Shown here piece after piece: positions 53,168 to 64,000 of a stretch of 64,000 nt of DNA. The notes beneath the pieces are model-generated. The model was not told the origin of the DNA. It did not search any database and saw nothing but the letters and a program-made list of their open reading frames with translations. Source of the stretch: a bacterium (GTDB taxonomy: Bacteria; UBA8248); the NCBI GenBank assembly GCA_965213685.1, contig CBDBZY010000031.1:128001-192000 (forward strand). Reading direction: 5' to 3'. The first letter of the stretch is position 1. Every line of letters starts with the position of its first letter. Position numbers and translations under genes: made by a program.

Positions 53168-53823
53168 ATGTCCAGAGTCCCCGCTGCTCAGCCAGGAGGG
53201 TGCGGAGGGCGAGATCGCGCGCACCTTCGACATCCTGGGGAACTTTCAGCCGCACCAGGTACACTCCACCCGCGCGACGGCCCACTCCCCGTTTCTCGCC
53301 CGAATCTTCTACCCTCTCGTTCAGACCCTGATGCGCGAGGGGCTGGGAACCGTCCTCTCCTCGAAGGTCAAGGAGATCGCCGTCATCAAGACCAGCCAGC
53401 TCAACGGGTGCGACTACTGACTGGCCCACAACACCGCTCTCGGCCGGGTGCTGGGAATCACCGGCGCGCACGTCGCCGCCATCGGGTCGGACGACTACAT
53501 GGATTCGCCCCTCCTCACGCCCAGGGAGAAGGCGGCCGTTCTCTGGGCCGAACACGTGACGAGGAACACCGCAAAGTTTCGGGACGACGTGGCGGAGGAG
53601 GTGCAGGCGCACTTCCCGGACGCGGAGTTCGTCGAACTCACCTTCGTCATCAGCTACTTCAACATGCGCAACCGCTACCACGACTCCCTGCGGCTGCCGA
53701 ACGACGAGGAGAGCGTCGTCGAGGGACGTCGGACGGCTTCGGCCGGACCCGGAGAAACTGAAAGCGTTTCTGCAGGACATTCTAGACGCATGGCCGGACG
53801 CCTTCCCGGAACCCAACCCGTGA
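53168..53823 (+). CDS. AhpD/CMD-like protein, predicted selenoprotein with CxxU (TGA at 53418); apparent frameshifts near 53180 and 53723
   Basis: KEIAVIKTSQLNGCDY-U-LAHN...REKAAVLWAE.VT...VELTF.ISYFNM.NR; AAGGAG RBS before MSRVP; the stitched end reads PDPEKLKAFLQDILDAWP. Confidence 0.83.
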
Positions 53824-54227
53824 GCGCGCCCCCGCGCCCGGCCGCTGGGACCAGAGAACCCGTGCGTCGCCCAACGGGCGCAGCCGGCGTCGGCGCGCCA
53901 GGGGCGGGGGACGCCGCGCAGGTCGCAAGGGGGTCGGATCGGGAGGCGCGCGGCACATCACGCTTGCGGGCGACGAACGCAGGAGCGCACCGGAGAGGAA
54001 TCGGGATGCGTCTCGTCGGTTGCCCGTTCCCGCCGCTCCGGCTATCGTCGGACTGGCCGTAGAAATATCCTCCGGGCGATCATGCGGGAGAGCGACTCTG
54101 CGCCCCCCGCGCGGTGCGCCGGAGTCGGGCGCTTCCACCCCGGCCCCCGGGGTGCGACAAATGCGTGATGCGGTCGCTCGGAGACTGCCCCGATGATTTT
54201 TCGCCCCATTCGCTGAACTGCGCCGCC

Positions 54228-57158
54228 GTGGAAAAACAATCCAGACCCCAGCTCGGCGTCGACGGCCCGTTACGCGCTCAGACGAAGCGGTCTGGGCGCC
54301 GTTCTGTTTCGACTCCTCCGTCCGGGAGACGCCGCAGCCGCCACGATCAGCGCGAACGCCTTGCGCCTGAGGTTCGTGTTCCGAACCACAGACATACCCC
54401 TCGGAGACATCGAGAAGGTTGCGTTGCAGACAGGGCGACTCTGGGGGCGCGTGAGCGTCTCTCACGCCTTCGGGGCGGCGGCCGTGTCCGGGCTGTCGCG
54501 CAAGAACGCGCAGGGGTTCGCGGCCGCGCTGGAGGCCGCCAGGGGCGATTGGTGGCGCAAGGTGCTCGCCGAACGGGCCGGGACGCTCCATTCCGTCCAT
54601 GACCGCGTGGCGAATTTCGAGGCCGCGGCCGTCTACGCGACGCGCAGCGCGTTTGCCGCACTCAAGCGCGACATCGTGAAGGCGGTCCGCGAGTTGCCGA
54701 CCACATGGCCGGACGCGCTGTCGGGTGCCCGCGAAGTCCGGATGCTGGACAAGATGCGGCGCTTCCTGGCCGGTGCCAAAAACCTCCGGGAGAGAACGAA
54801 CGAGGTCTATCTCACGAAGGAGCTGGAGCGGTCGCGCGCGTTCTTCGATCAGGTGGAAGAGAGGCCGCTCACTGACGAGCAACGCAGAGCGGTCGTTGTG
54901 GACGAGGAGCGCAATCTGGTGGTCGCCGCCGCCGGCAGCGGCAAGACCTCGGTGCTTGTCGCGAAGGCCGGGTGGCTCATCGACAAAGGCCACCGACGAC
55001 CGTCGGAGCTGTTGCTGCTGGCCTTCGCAAAAAACGCCCAGAAAGAACTCGAAGAGCGGATGAGGAGGCGTCTCCGCCGTCGGGTAACGATTCGCACATT
55101 CCACAGTCTCGGCATGTCGATTCTCGGCGAAGCCGAAGGCAAGAGGCCCACGCTGGCCAGATTCGCCGAAGACGAAGCGAGGCTGAGCGATCTGCTGAAG
55201 AAGATCGTGAGCGACTTGCTCGCCAACCGGAAACTCTCGGGGCTCCTGAAGTGGTTCCAGGAGCAGCTCGCACCCTACAAGAGCCAGCATGCGTGCCGAA
55301 GTTGGCGCGAGTACCATGAACACCTTCACCGCTACGGGCTCCGCTCGCTGAACGGGGAGAAGGTGAAGAGCCACGAGGAGTGCGAGATCGCCAACTTCCT
55401 CTACCTCAACGGCGTGCCCTACAAGTACGAAGCTCCCTATGAGCACGATACCCGCACGCGGGAGAAGCAGCAGTATCGCCCCGACTTCTACCTCCCCGAA
55501 GCCAAAATATACATTGAGCATTTCGGGATCGACGCAAACGGAAACCCCGCGCCGTTCGTCGATAAGAAAGAGTATCGCGAAGGAATGGACTGGAAGCGTG
55601 GGGTGCACCGGGAGAAAGGCACCGTCCTGATCGAGACCTTCTCCCATGAGCGCGCCTCCGGCAGGTTGAGCGACAGTTTGAAGAGGAAGCTGACCGCGCG
55701 CGGCGTGTCCCTCTCGCCGCGCCCCCAAACCTCGATCTTCGACACCCTCAATCGGCAGGGCTGGATCGATCCGTTCATACATTTGCTGGCGAAATTTCTG
55801 AACCTTTACAAGAGCGCGCGGCTGTCCTTCCAGGACATTGTCCGCCGCCTCCCATCGGGCCCCGAACCCAGGCGGCGGGCCGAGGCGTTCCTGACCGTGT
55901 TCCGACCGATCTTCGAGGGCTACCAGGAAAGGCTCGGCGGGCGGAGAGAGATTGATTTCCACGACATGATCAACAAGGCGGCGGAACATGTGGAGGCCGG
56001 ACGCTATCGCAGCCCGTTCGGCTACATCCTGGTTGACGAGTTCCAGGACATCTCGCCCGGCAGAGCGCGGCTGCTGAAAGCGTTGCTGGAGCAGTCCCCC
56101 ACCGCTCGGTTGTTCGCCGTGGGCGACGACTGGCAGGCGATATACCGCTTCGCCGGATCGGACATCGCCATCATGCGCGAGTTCGGCAAGCGCTTCGGCA
56201 GCAGCGAGCGGTGCGATCTCGAGACGACCTTCAGGTGCGCCGACCGCATCGCCTCGGTCGCGACCGAGTTCATCCTTCGCAACCCCGCGCAGATCCGCAG
56301 GGAGGTGCGCTCCACACGCCCCGCGGGCGAGCCGTGCGTGCACGTCGGACTTCCCGGCGACGGAAACCTTCCCCTGCTAGGCGAAGCGCTCGGGAGGGTC
56401 GCGGCCGGACGCCGCCAGACATTCTGACAGGTCAAGCGTTCTGCTGTTGGGACGCTACAAGCACCTGCGCCCGAAGCATCTGACCAGATTGGCCAGGCAG
56501 CATCCCCGCCTGGAGCTCTCCTACCAGACCGTGCATGGGGCGAAGGGGCTTCAGGCCGATTACGTGGTGGTGCTCGGCCTGTGCGCGGGGAAATACGGCT
56601 TTCCGGCGGAGGTCGACGATGATCCGCTCCTCGATCTCGTCCTCTCGGCACCCGAACCATATCCCAACGCCGAGGAGCGGCGCCTGTTCTATGTCGCCCT
56701 GACCCGGGCGAGACGTCAGGTCTTCCTTCTCGCGGACGAAGAGCCGCCGTCTTCCTTCGTCCGGGAACTGCTCGAGGGAAACTACGACGTCACCGTTTTC
56801 GGGCGGTTGCCCGAGGAAGATGTGCCCTGTCCGGCATGCGGGACGGGGCGTCTGGGTGCGGCGCGAGGATGCGCGCAAGCGCACCTTCTACGGCTGCTCG
56901 AACTCCTATTGCAAGCACACGCAGGCCCCCTGCCCCGCCTGCGGCACGGGATTGCCAATCCAGGAGGCGGACAAGGGACTCCGCTGCCGAGATTGCAAAC
57001 TGTCGCTCGAGGCTTGCCCCGTCTGCGACGGCTGGCTACAACGCCGGTTCGGGCGGCACGGCCCCTTCATCGGCTGCTCCAAATACCCCGCGTGCAAATA
57101 CACCCGCAACGTCACGGAACACCGGCGGCGCCGCGGCGACGTTGCCGGTTCCGTGTGA
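54228..57158 (+). CDS. UvrD/helicase IV-like SF1 helicase with a nuclease-like insertion and C-terminal topoisomerase-type Zn ribbons; apparent frameshifts ~54234, ~56420, ~56856
   Basis: LTDEQR, AAAGSGKT, LVDEFQD, VGDDWQAIYRF, TVHGAKG, EERRLFYVALTRA; CPACG, CPVCDG and GPFIGCSKYPAC. Start inferred. Confidence 0.85.
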
Positions 57159-57199
57159 CAAGAGAACCCGTGCGCCGCCCCGACGAGGAGAACGGACGA

Positions 57200-57925
57200 A
57201 TGGACAGAGGAATTTGGGCGATATGGTATGACCTTCCCGAGGAGGGAGGGGAGGAATACATCTCCTGGCTACACGAAGTGCATATTCCCCGCGCACTCCA
57301 GCGACCGGGCTACCTGTGGGCGGCGCACGTCAAGAACGTCGTCACGCCGGAGCGGGAGGCGCGCATCCGTCAAATCGTTCACCACACGCAAGATCGGAGC
57401 GTCCCGGCGGGCGTGCAATACCTGATGCTTTTCGGCGCCTTGGGCCCCACCGTTTTTCTCGATCCGAGTCCTGCGCAAATCCGCGAGAAGATGACGCCGG
57501 AGGCGCGCGAGATGCTGGGACGGCGACGCAACCCGCGCTCCTCCATTTTCATGGAGCACAACCGCATCGCCGGCCCCGAGGTCAAGTCCCGGGCGCCGGG
57601 CATCACGCCGGGCCCCGCCATCCAGATGGGAACCTTCAACATCAACGCCGTAGAAAACGAGGACGAACTCGGGAGTTGGTACGCCCAGGAGCGGATGCCG
57701 CGCCTCACGAAAATGGAGGGATGCGTCGGGGCGCGCAACCTGGTCTCCGTCTCCGGCTGGGCCAAGCACGCCATCCTCTACGAGTGGGTTTCGCTCGAAT
57801 CCCTTCAGGAGAATTTCATCACGGAGAAGATACCGCGCTCGCGCCGGGCGGTGAGTACCCTGGTGCACGCGCCCAGTTCCCCCAGCCTGGGAGAGCGCAT
57901 CTGGCCGCCCGCGAGGAATTTTTGA
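57200..57925 (+). CDS. Hypothetical protein, tandem EthD/DUF4286-like alpha-beta barrel
   Basis: Two similar halves (YISWLHEVHIP...PGY and GSWYAQERMP...EGCVGAR); GAGGAG RBS. Confidence 0.6.
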   Translation: MDRGIWAIWYDLPEEGGEEYISWLHEVHIPRALQRPGYLWAAHVKNVVTPEREARIRQIVHHTQDRSVPAGVQYLMLFGALGPTVFLDPSPAQIREKMTPEAREMLGRRRNPRSSIFMEHNRIAGPEVKSRAPGITPGPAIQMGTFNINAVENEDELGSWYAQERMPRLTKMEGCVGARNLVSVSGWAKHAILYEWVSLESLQENFITEKIPRSRRAVSTLVHAPSSPSLGERIWPPARNF

Positions 57926-57990
57926 CCCTCTGGGGCTGACGCCCGGAGCCCCGCAAGGGAGCGCCAGCCCGCACGGGCGGCGGGCCGGGC

Positions 57991-59376
57991 TCAATACGCG
58001 AGCTGCGAGAATCCCTCGAAGAGGCGGACGAGAAATTTCTCGGACTGGAGCACCCCCCGCACCTGCGCGTATTCGTTCGCCGCGTGCTTTCGCATGGCGT
58101 GGCAGGGCAGCCCCCCGATCCAGGGCACCCCGAGTTCTTCTGTCCACAGCGCCACAGGCATCCCCGCCGGGTGCACGGGCCAGACCTCGGGGTCGGCGCC
58201 CATCTCCGAATGCGCCTTCAGAAAACACTGGACGACGGGGTGATCCGGCGGCGTTCCCCCGCCCGCGTAGCGGTTGTTCACCACGAACTCGACGTCGCCA
58301 TAACCTCCCTCGGACAGAATGCGCCGAACGTTTTCGACCCGCTCATCGGGGTCCTCGCCGGGCTGGAAGCGCATGTTCACCACCGCCTGCGCCTCCGAGG
58401 GGATGCTGACCTTCACCGACTTCCCCTCGCCGATGAATCCCGCCTGCAGGCCGATGACGGTGAATTCCGCCTGAAACAGATGGGCGCGAACCGCCGCGTG
58501 GAAATCCTCCTGCCGAAACCGACGCACCCCCAGGCGCTCCTTCATCATCTCCGGGTCCATGCGCTCCGAGAGCCGGCGGCACAGCGCCTCCTGGGAGTCG
58601 CTCGGCGTCCAGCCCTCCCCGTTTTCGTATATCTCCCGCAGCCTCTTCTGCAGATGGGCGATCGCCTCGACGAGATGCTCGGCGGGATTGTCCACCCAGT
58701 TGCAGTTGAGCGCGTGCATCTCGTTTCCCACCGGTCCGCCCCACGCCCCGGGACGGCAGAAGAGCCTGCCCATCAGGTTCCCCTTGAGGCCCAGCGGCAC
58801 GATCGGCGTGCCGTCGGCCTGGGCCATCGGACAGAGCCAATAGGCCGCGTTCGCCCGCTTCATCCTCTCCTTGTAGCGGGGGAAGAAATCCCGGATGCCG
58901 CCGCTGCCGAGCTCGGAGGCCTCGTGGACGAACATCAAATTGAGCGGGAGCCTCTCGCCGGCGGCGCGCGCCGCGCAGACCGCGTTCATCACGCAGGCGA
59001 TCCCCGTCTTCATGTCCTCCGCCCCCCGGCCCACGACGCAGCGCCCCAGGCCGTCGAGTTCCTGAATCTGCGGGTCGAACGGGGGGTTGACCCAGTTCGG
59101 CTCATCGGCGGGCGTCACGTCGTAGAGGCCGTGGCAAAGGAGCGTCCTGTCCGCCCCCTCGTCTATCAGGCCGTAGACCACCGGAAACTCCGAAGTCGCC
59201 ACCACCTCCGCCTCGCCGCCGACCTCGCGAATCTCCTCCGCCAGCATCTGCGCCATCTCCGCGTTCCCGAGGTTTCGGGCGGATACGCTCGGCTGGCGGA
59301 TATACCGCAGGAGGCGTTCGATGTGCGAGGCCTCGAAATCCTTTTCGATCTGCGCGATCACCCGTTCGACGTTCAT
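57991..59376 (-). CDS. M20/M25/M40 family metallo-hydrolase
   Basis: IRQPSVSA, HGLYDV.P, PPF, GRGAEDMK, EASELGS, HAANEY. Confidence 0.85.
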   Translation of the reverse strand: MNVERVIAQIEKDFEASHIERLLRYIRQPSVSARNLGNAEMAQMLAEEIREVGGEAEVVATSEFPVVYGLIDEGADRTLLCHGLYDVTPADEPNWVNPPFDPQIQELDGLGRCVVGRGAEDMKTGIACVMNAVCAARAAGERLPLNLMFVHEASELGSGGIRDFFPRYKERMKRANAAYWLCPMAQADGTPIVPLGLKGNLMGRLFCRPGAWGGPVGNEMHALNCNWVDNPAEHLVEAIAHLQKRLREIYENGEGWTPSDSQEALCRRLSERMDPEMMKERLGVRRFRQEDFHAAVRAHLFQAEFTVIGLQAGFIGEGKSVKVSIPSEAQAVVNMRFQPGEDPDERVENVRRILSEGGYGDVEFVVNNRYAGGGTPPDHPVVQCFLKAHSEMGADPEVWPVHPAGMPVALWTEELGVPWIGGLPCHAMRKHAANEYAQVRGVLQSEKFLVRLFEGFSQLAY

Positions 59377-62284
59377 CAGGAAGGCTCCCCGGCGCGAGGC
59401 GAGGGCCGCGTGCTCTTGCCCCCGTGCACGCTCGGCTCGGCGCACCACTGGCGGCGGACGACGTCGAAATCGGCCGCGACATCCGCCGGAACGCCGAGCA
59501 AATCCACAAGCAGGGCATGGTCCAGCGCCTTCCTGTTAGCGTCATGGTAACTCTCGTTCGCGGGCAGGAACCGCGCGTCGCGGAAACGCTCGAACAGGGC
59601 GTCAGCCTTCGCCAGCATCGTCTTGTCGAACTGTCGGGGGTCGATGGACAGCAGCGATGGCAAGGCGGAGATCGTTACAATCGTTCTCCCTGGCTGTTGT
59701 CTAGCGCCAGTCCACCAATAAAGCATCAAGCCCAACGTTGAATTGAACCAGAGGACGACGGCCTTCTCATGCTCGACTTCGTCCAGAACGAAGTTTGGCC
59801 AAGCACGGCCCCCCAGGGTCTTCTCCGGCGTCAGGCAGGCCGCCAGACTCTGCGAGTTCAACCCGAAATCAAGCGTAAAATGAAGCCGGGAGGCGAAGCG
59901 CGTCCAGGCGTCCGCCGCTTTGTCCTCGTATCCCTTTCGCACCAGCAGCGCGCAATCGGCATCGACGACAAAGGAACGCTCGCGCGCGGCGGCATGGCTC
60001 CAGAGGCTGGGATAGGTGGGGAACTGCCCGGGACGCAGCGGCGCCTTGTCGAACGGCCCTCGCGCGGGTGTTCCTGTAATATCCCGATGCAACAAACCTC
60101 GACTTCCCAATTCCCCTAATCTGACGGCGGGCAAATTTATCTGTTCTCTCGTTCGCGGAGCGAAAAATATTCCATCCAACAACGCGAGCATGAACCGGGC
60201 GATGTCGGCTTCCGCCAAACCCGCGTAGCCGCAACTGAATTGCCCGGCATTGATGTAACCGCCGTTGCTGTCCTCACCGCCGATGGCGATGCGTCCGGTA
60301 CCCGGTTGACGGTCGGCCCCGGCTACGAACTTCGCCAGTTCGACGGCCTCGACGTGGTGGAGCGGGCGACGCCGCAGGTTGACGAACTGGAAGGCGGATT
60401 TTTTCGGCCTCCCCCCCCCTCCATTCTTCGTGGCGAGGACCAGCACTTCCGCTATGGACGTATCAGCGGAAAAGGCCCGGTTGCCCATACCGGTATCGGC
60501 AATAGAAACAACCGTTATGTCCTGATAACAATCTATCAGCAGATTCCGCGCGGCTTCCCATGATTGGCCGGAGGCGAAGGTCGCCGGCAGCACGAGTGCC
60601 AGGACGCCGCCCGGCTTCAGCTTGACGTGCGCCAGATCGATGAAGTTCGACGCCAGCCCGGCGTTGCCGTGGCCGGCGGGCTGCGGGAGGCTCCTGCGTA
60701 TTTGTTTCAGCCGGGAGCTCATGGCCTTCTGCTCCTCGTCGGACGTCCGGAAGCCCGCGAAGGAGGGAACCGGCACGCCTATTTTTCCGGCTTCATGCCC
60801 CGTCGGGCGCGTGAAGGGCGGATTCATGATCATGACGTCGAAAAAATCGTGCGGGACGCCGATTTTCTCGTCCGCCTCCTCGTTCTTTTGGCTCTTCTGG
60901 CCAGCCACCTTTTCACCCAGGCTGAACAGGGGCGTCACAGAAACCTGGTCGATGAGATCCAGCGAGCCGATGTGCGGATGCCCGTTCTTCTCGTCTTGGC
61001 CATAGGGCATCGTCAGAATCTTGGTGGCTCCGAAGACGCGGGCGGGATGGGCGTTCGACAGGGTGGACGCCCCAGATGCGTGGCGGCGGGCATGATGTCG
61101 GCAGCGTAAAGCGCCTCCTCGATCATGGCGGAATGCACCTCGGCGTCGTCGCGTCCCGCCCGGCGGTGGCGGGCCAGCATCGCGTGGTAGAGTGCGCCGA
61201 TGAGGGTTCCGGTTCCGCAGGCGAGATCGGCGACCCGCAAGCCCTTCACCGCGTCCGCACTTGACCAGTCCGTTCGCAGCCTGGCGACGGCGAGCTCGGC
61301 GAGCAAGGTGGCGGACACCGGAAGTGTATAGAAGGTGGCGAGGAACTTTCTGTCGGCGATGAGTTTTTGGAACATGCGCCCCGACAGGTCATTGAGGCTC
61401 GTCGCGCCCATGTTCGCCAGGGTGGACGCCGTCCGGTAAAGCAGGTCCAGCACCCGATTCGCCTGAGGCGTCGGCATGGACCTCAGCAAATCCGAAGCAA
61501 TCTGAAAAATCGGCCAGTAGTTGACGTTTTCGACAATCCACTGCCAGGCGCTGATGACTTCCGTATTGACGAATCCGGTCGGACCTTTCAATTCGCCAAT
61601 CGCGGAGATGTCCCCTTCCCCCTCGACCCGCGTATGGAACACGGCGGCGTTGGCGATAATGGCGACGGCCATGCGGTTGGTCTGCTCCCCAGGCGACTGG
61701 TGCAGACGCCCGGCGATTTTGCGGAGAATTTCCTCGCGCGCCGTCTTGAGGACGTTGGCGGCCTGGGTGACGCCCTCCTCCAAGACATCCGTGGTTCTCG
61801 ATATGAGGGATTCGGACAGGGTTACCGACTCCAGGCAGTTCGCCACGTCGTCGACGCCGCCATCGAGCCAGCCCCGCTCAGGCCATCTTTGGAGCCCGCC
61901 GGTTTTCGTTTCGGAAAGAACGCAGTAGGTGAAGGTCGCCCGCTCGATGGCTTCCGCGATTCCGCTCTGCCCGACGGTGCGCAGCTCGCCCGGAACCCGA
62001 AGCGCGATGGCGTTCTCTATCTTTCTCCCGTCGCTCGCCAGGCACTCTCCCAACCGGTCGACTGCGTCCTGCTCCACGCCGGCGGCGGGCGGGAACTCCG
62101 TTTCCAGTGCCACCGGCGAGCTGCCCGGAGGGGAGAGGAGCAGGTCGGGTTGCTTTCCCGGCGCGCCCTTCAGGACGCCCGTCTGCTCGACGCCGATGGC
62201 GTCCTTCCAGAGCGGATGCTTCCCGCGAAGCACGTCGCCGAGGGAAGAATTGAAGAACCCCTCACTCGTGGACGCCATCGCCAT
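59376..62284 (-). CDS. Fused endonuclease-N6-adenine methyltransferase (Type IIG/IIL RM-like), apparent frameshift near 61070
   Basis: N-terminal PDLLL...ALETE (PD-(D/E)xK-like), ATFYT, DLACGTGTL (motif I), IMNPPF (motif IV), putative C-terminal specificity region. Confidence 0.8.
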
Positions 62285-62600
62285 TGCGCGGAACTCCGGG
62301 GCTTCGGGGCGGATTTTCGGGCGAAGGGCCCCCGCACAGCCGGAAGGAATCACGTTGGGGCTTCCGCCGCCTCACACAGACCCTCGGGACGCACGCCAGC
62401 GGGAACGGAACGGTGGCAAGCGTAAAGGCTGCGCAGTGGATGCGTCAACCGGAAAGCCGCGGCCGATGGGCACTGCGCACATCCGGAATCAGCCTTCAGC
62501 GGCTACTCGCGGGAGACGCCCCGCGCGGACGCGATGGATTGCGCGAGAGAGGGGGGACGCGCGGGAGAGAATCCCCCCCCCCCCTCTTTTTTGGGGGTCG

Positions 62601-63038
62601 CTATGAACGCACGCGCAGCCGCTCGGGCTCGATGATGGCCTCCACCTCTATCTCTACCAGCGCGTCGGGCGGGCCGAGCCGGGAGATTTCGATCAGCGTG
62701 CTGGCCGGGCGAACGTTCTTGAAGTATTTGAAGCGCTCATCGGAGTGCTTGTAGTATTCCATGATGTCGGTCACATAGGTCGTGGAGCGCACGATGTCAT
62801 CGAACGTCGCGCCCGCGTGGGCCAGCCCCTTGCCGATGTTCTCGCAGGTGACCCGTATCTGGGTGCGCATGTCGCCCACGCCCTCCACCTCGCCGCTGGG
62901 CTTTCGGGGCACCTGGCCGGAAAGGTAGATGTGGGCGTGGTCCGCGCCGTGGATCGTCACCACGGGCACATACAGCAACTCGCCATTCTCCACGCGCGCC
63001 CACATGTCGTCGGGCTGCATGAACTGTCTCTGGATCAT
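62601..63038 (-). CDS. RidA/YjgF family protein
   Basis: IYLSGQV, RPASTLIEI..L....LVEIE. Confidence 0.88.
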   Translation of the reverse strand: MIQRQFMQPDDMWARVENGELLYVPVVTIHGADHAHIYLSGQVPRKPSGEVEGVGDMRTQIRVTCENIGKGLAHAGATFDDIVRSTTYVTDIMEYYKHSDERFKYFKNVRPASTLIEISRLGPPDALVEIEVEAIIEPERLRVRS

Positions 63039-63066
63039 GTTTTCGGCTCCCCCCTGTGATTTGCGC

Positions 63067-63882
<816 letters not shown>

Positions 63883-63904
63883 GACACACCCCCATCCGCG
63901 CGCT

Positions 63905-64000
63905 CTATTCGCGCAGCGTTCCCCAACGCTGGACCGTGGCCAGCTCGATGCTCCGCAAGAAGACGCGCTCCACGATGACGCCCAGAATGCCCACGACCAC
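63905..64000 (-). CDS. ABC transporter permease (NitT/TauT type), C-terminal fragment
   Basis: VVVGILGVIVERVFLRSIELATVQRWG, directly upstream of the ATPase. Confidence 0.7.
   Translation of the reverse strand: MVVGILGVIVERVFLRSIELATVQRWGTLRE

Noticed and set aside
48873-56343. Long antisense ORFs (e.g. 48873-51002, 53782-56343)
   Set aside because: Shadow ORFs opposite well-supported genes, expected at high GC, with no recognisable motifs.
56447-57925. Helicase C-terminus fused to an EthD-like protein
   Set aside because: The helicase shifts frame at ~56856 and ends at 57158; the downstream gene has its own GAGGAG-ATG at 57200.
62545-62592. G-run/C-run hairpin followed by T-tract as an intrinsic terminator
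   Set aside because: The T-tract is on the + strand while both flanking genes are on the - strand, and homopolymer lengths are unreliable in this assembly.

Overview
High-GC bacterial window of mostly housekeeping and catabolic genes: moaA and two moeA, tatA, acyl-CoA catabolism, thiE/thiL, serS with two tRNA-Ser, ffs-dnaX-ybaB-recR, a peptide-type ABC transporter and a TctABC transporter. Accessory genes include two secreted ankyrin-repeat proteins, a HEPN protein, a helicase-nuclease and a fused restriction-modification-like gene; the ankyrin and RM content suggests, but does not prove, a marine invertebrate/sponge symbiont. The main signal is a hidden selenoproteome that the ORF track splits. 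Four unrelated redox/sulfur-chemistry genes carry five in-frame TGA codons exactly at catalytic Cys positions, each gene followed 9-12 nt later by a SECIS-like hairpin: an AhpD-like protein with a double-Sec UxxU motif (24802-25401), an OsmC-like protein (40461-41021), a DUF442/Blh phosphatase-fold sulfurtransferase with H-U-x4-R (47846-48298) and a CxxU AhpD/CMD protein (53168-53823). A YqeC-like gene and a xanthine-dehydrogenase-family Mo subunit point to a second selenium-use trait. About 15 single-base frameshifts, mostly extra bases in homopolymer runs, are probably sequencing/assembly errors, so the affected genes are called as intact CDS. All calls are by eye from motifs; no database searches were run.
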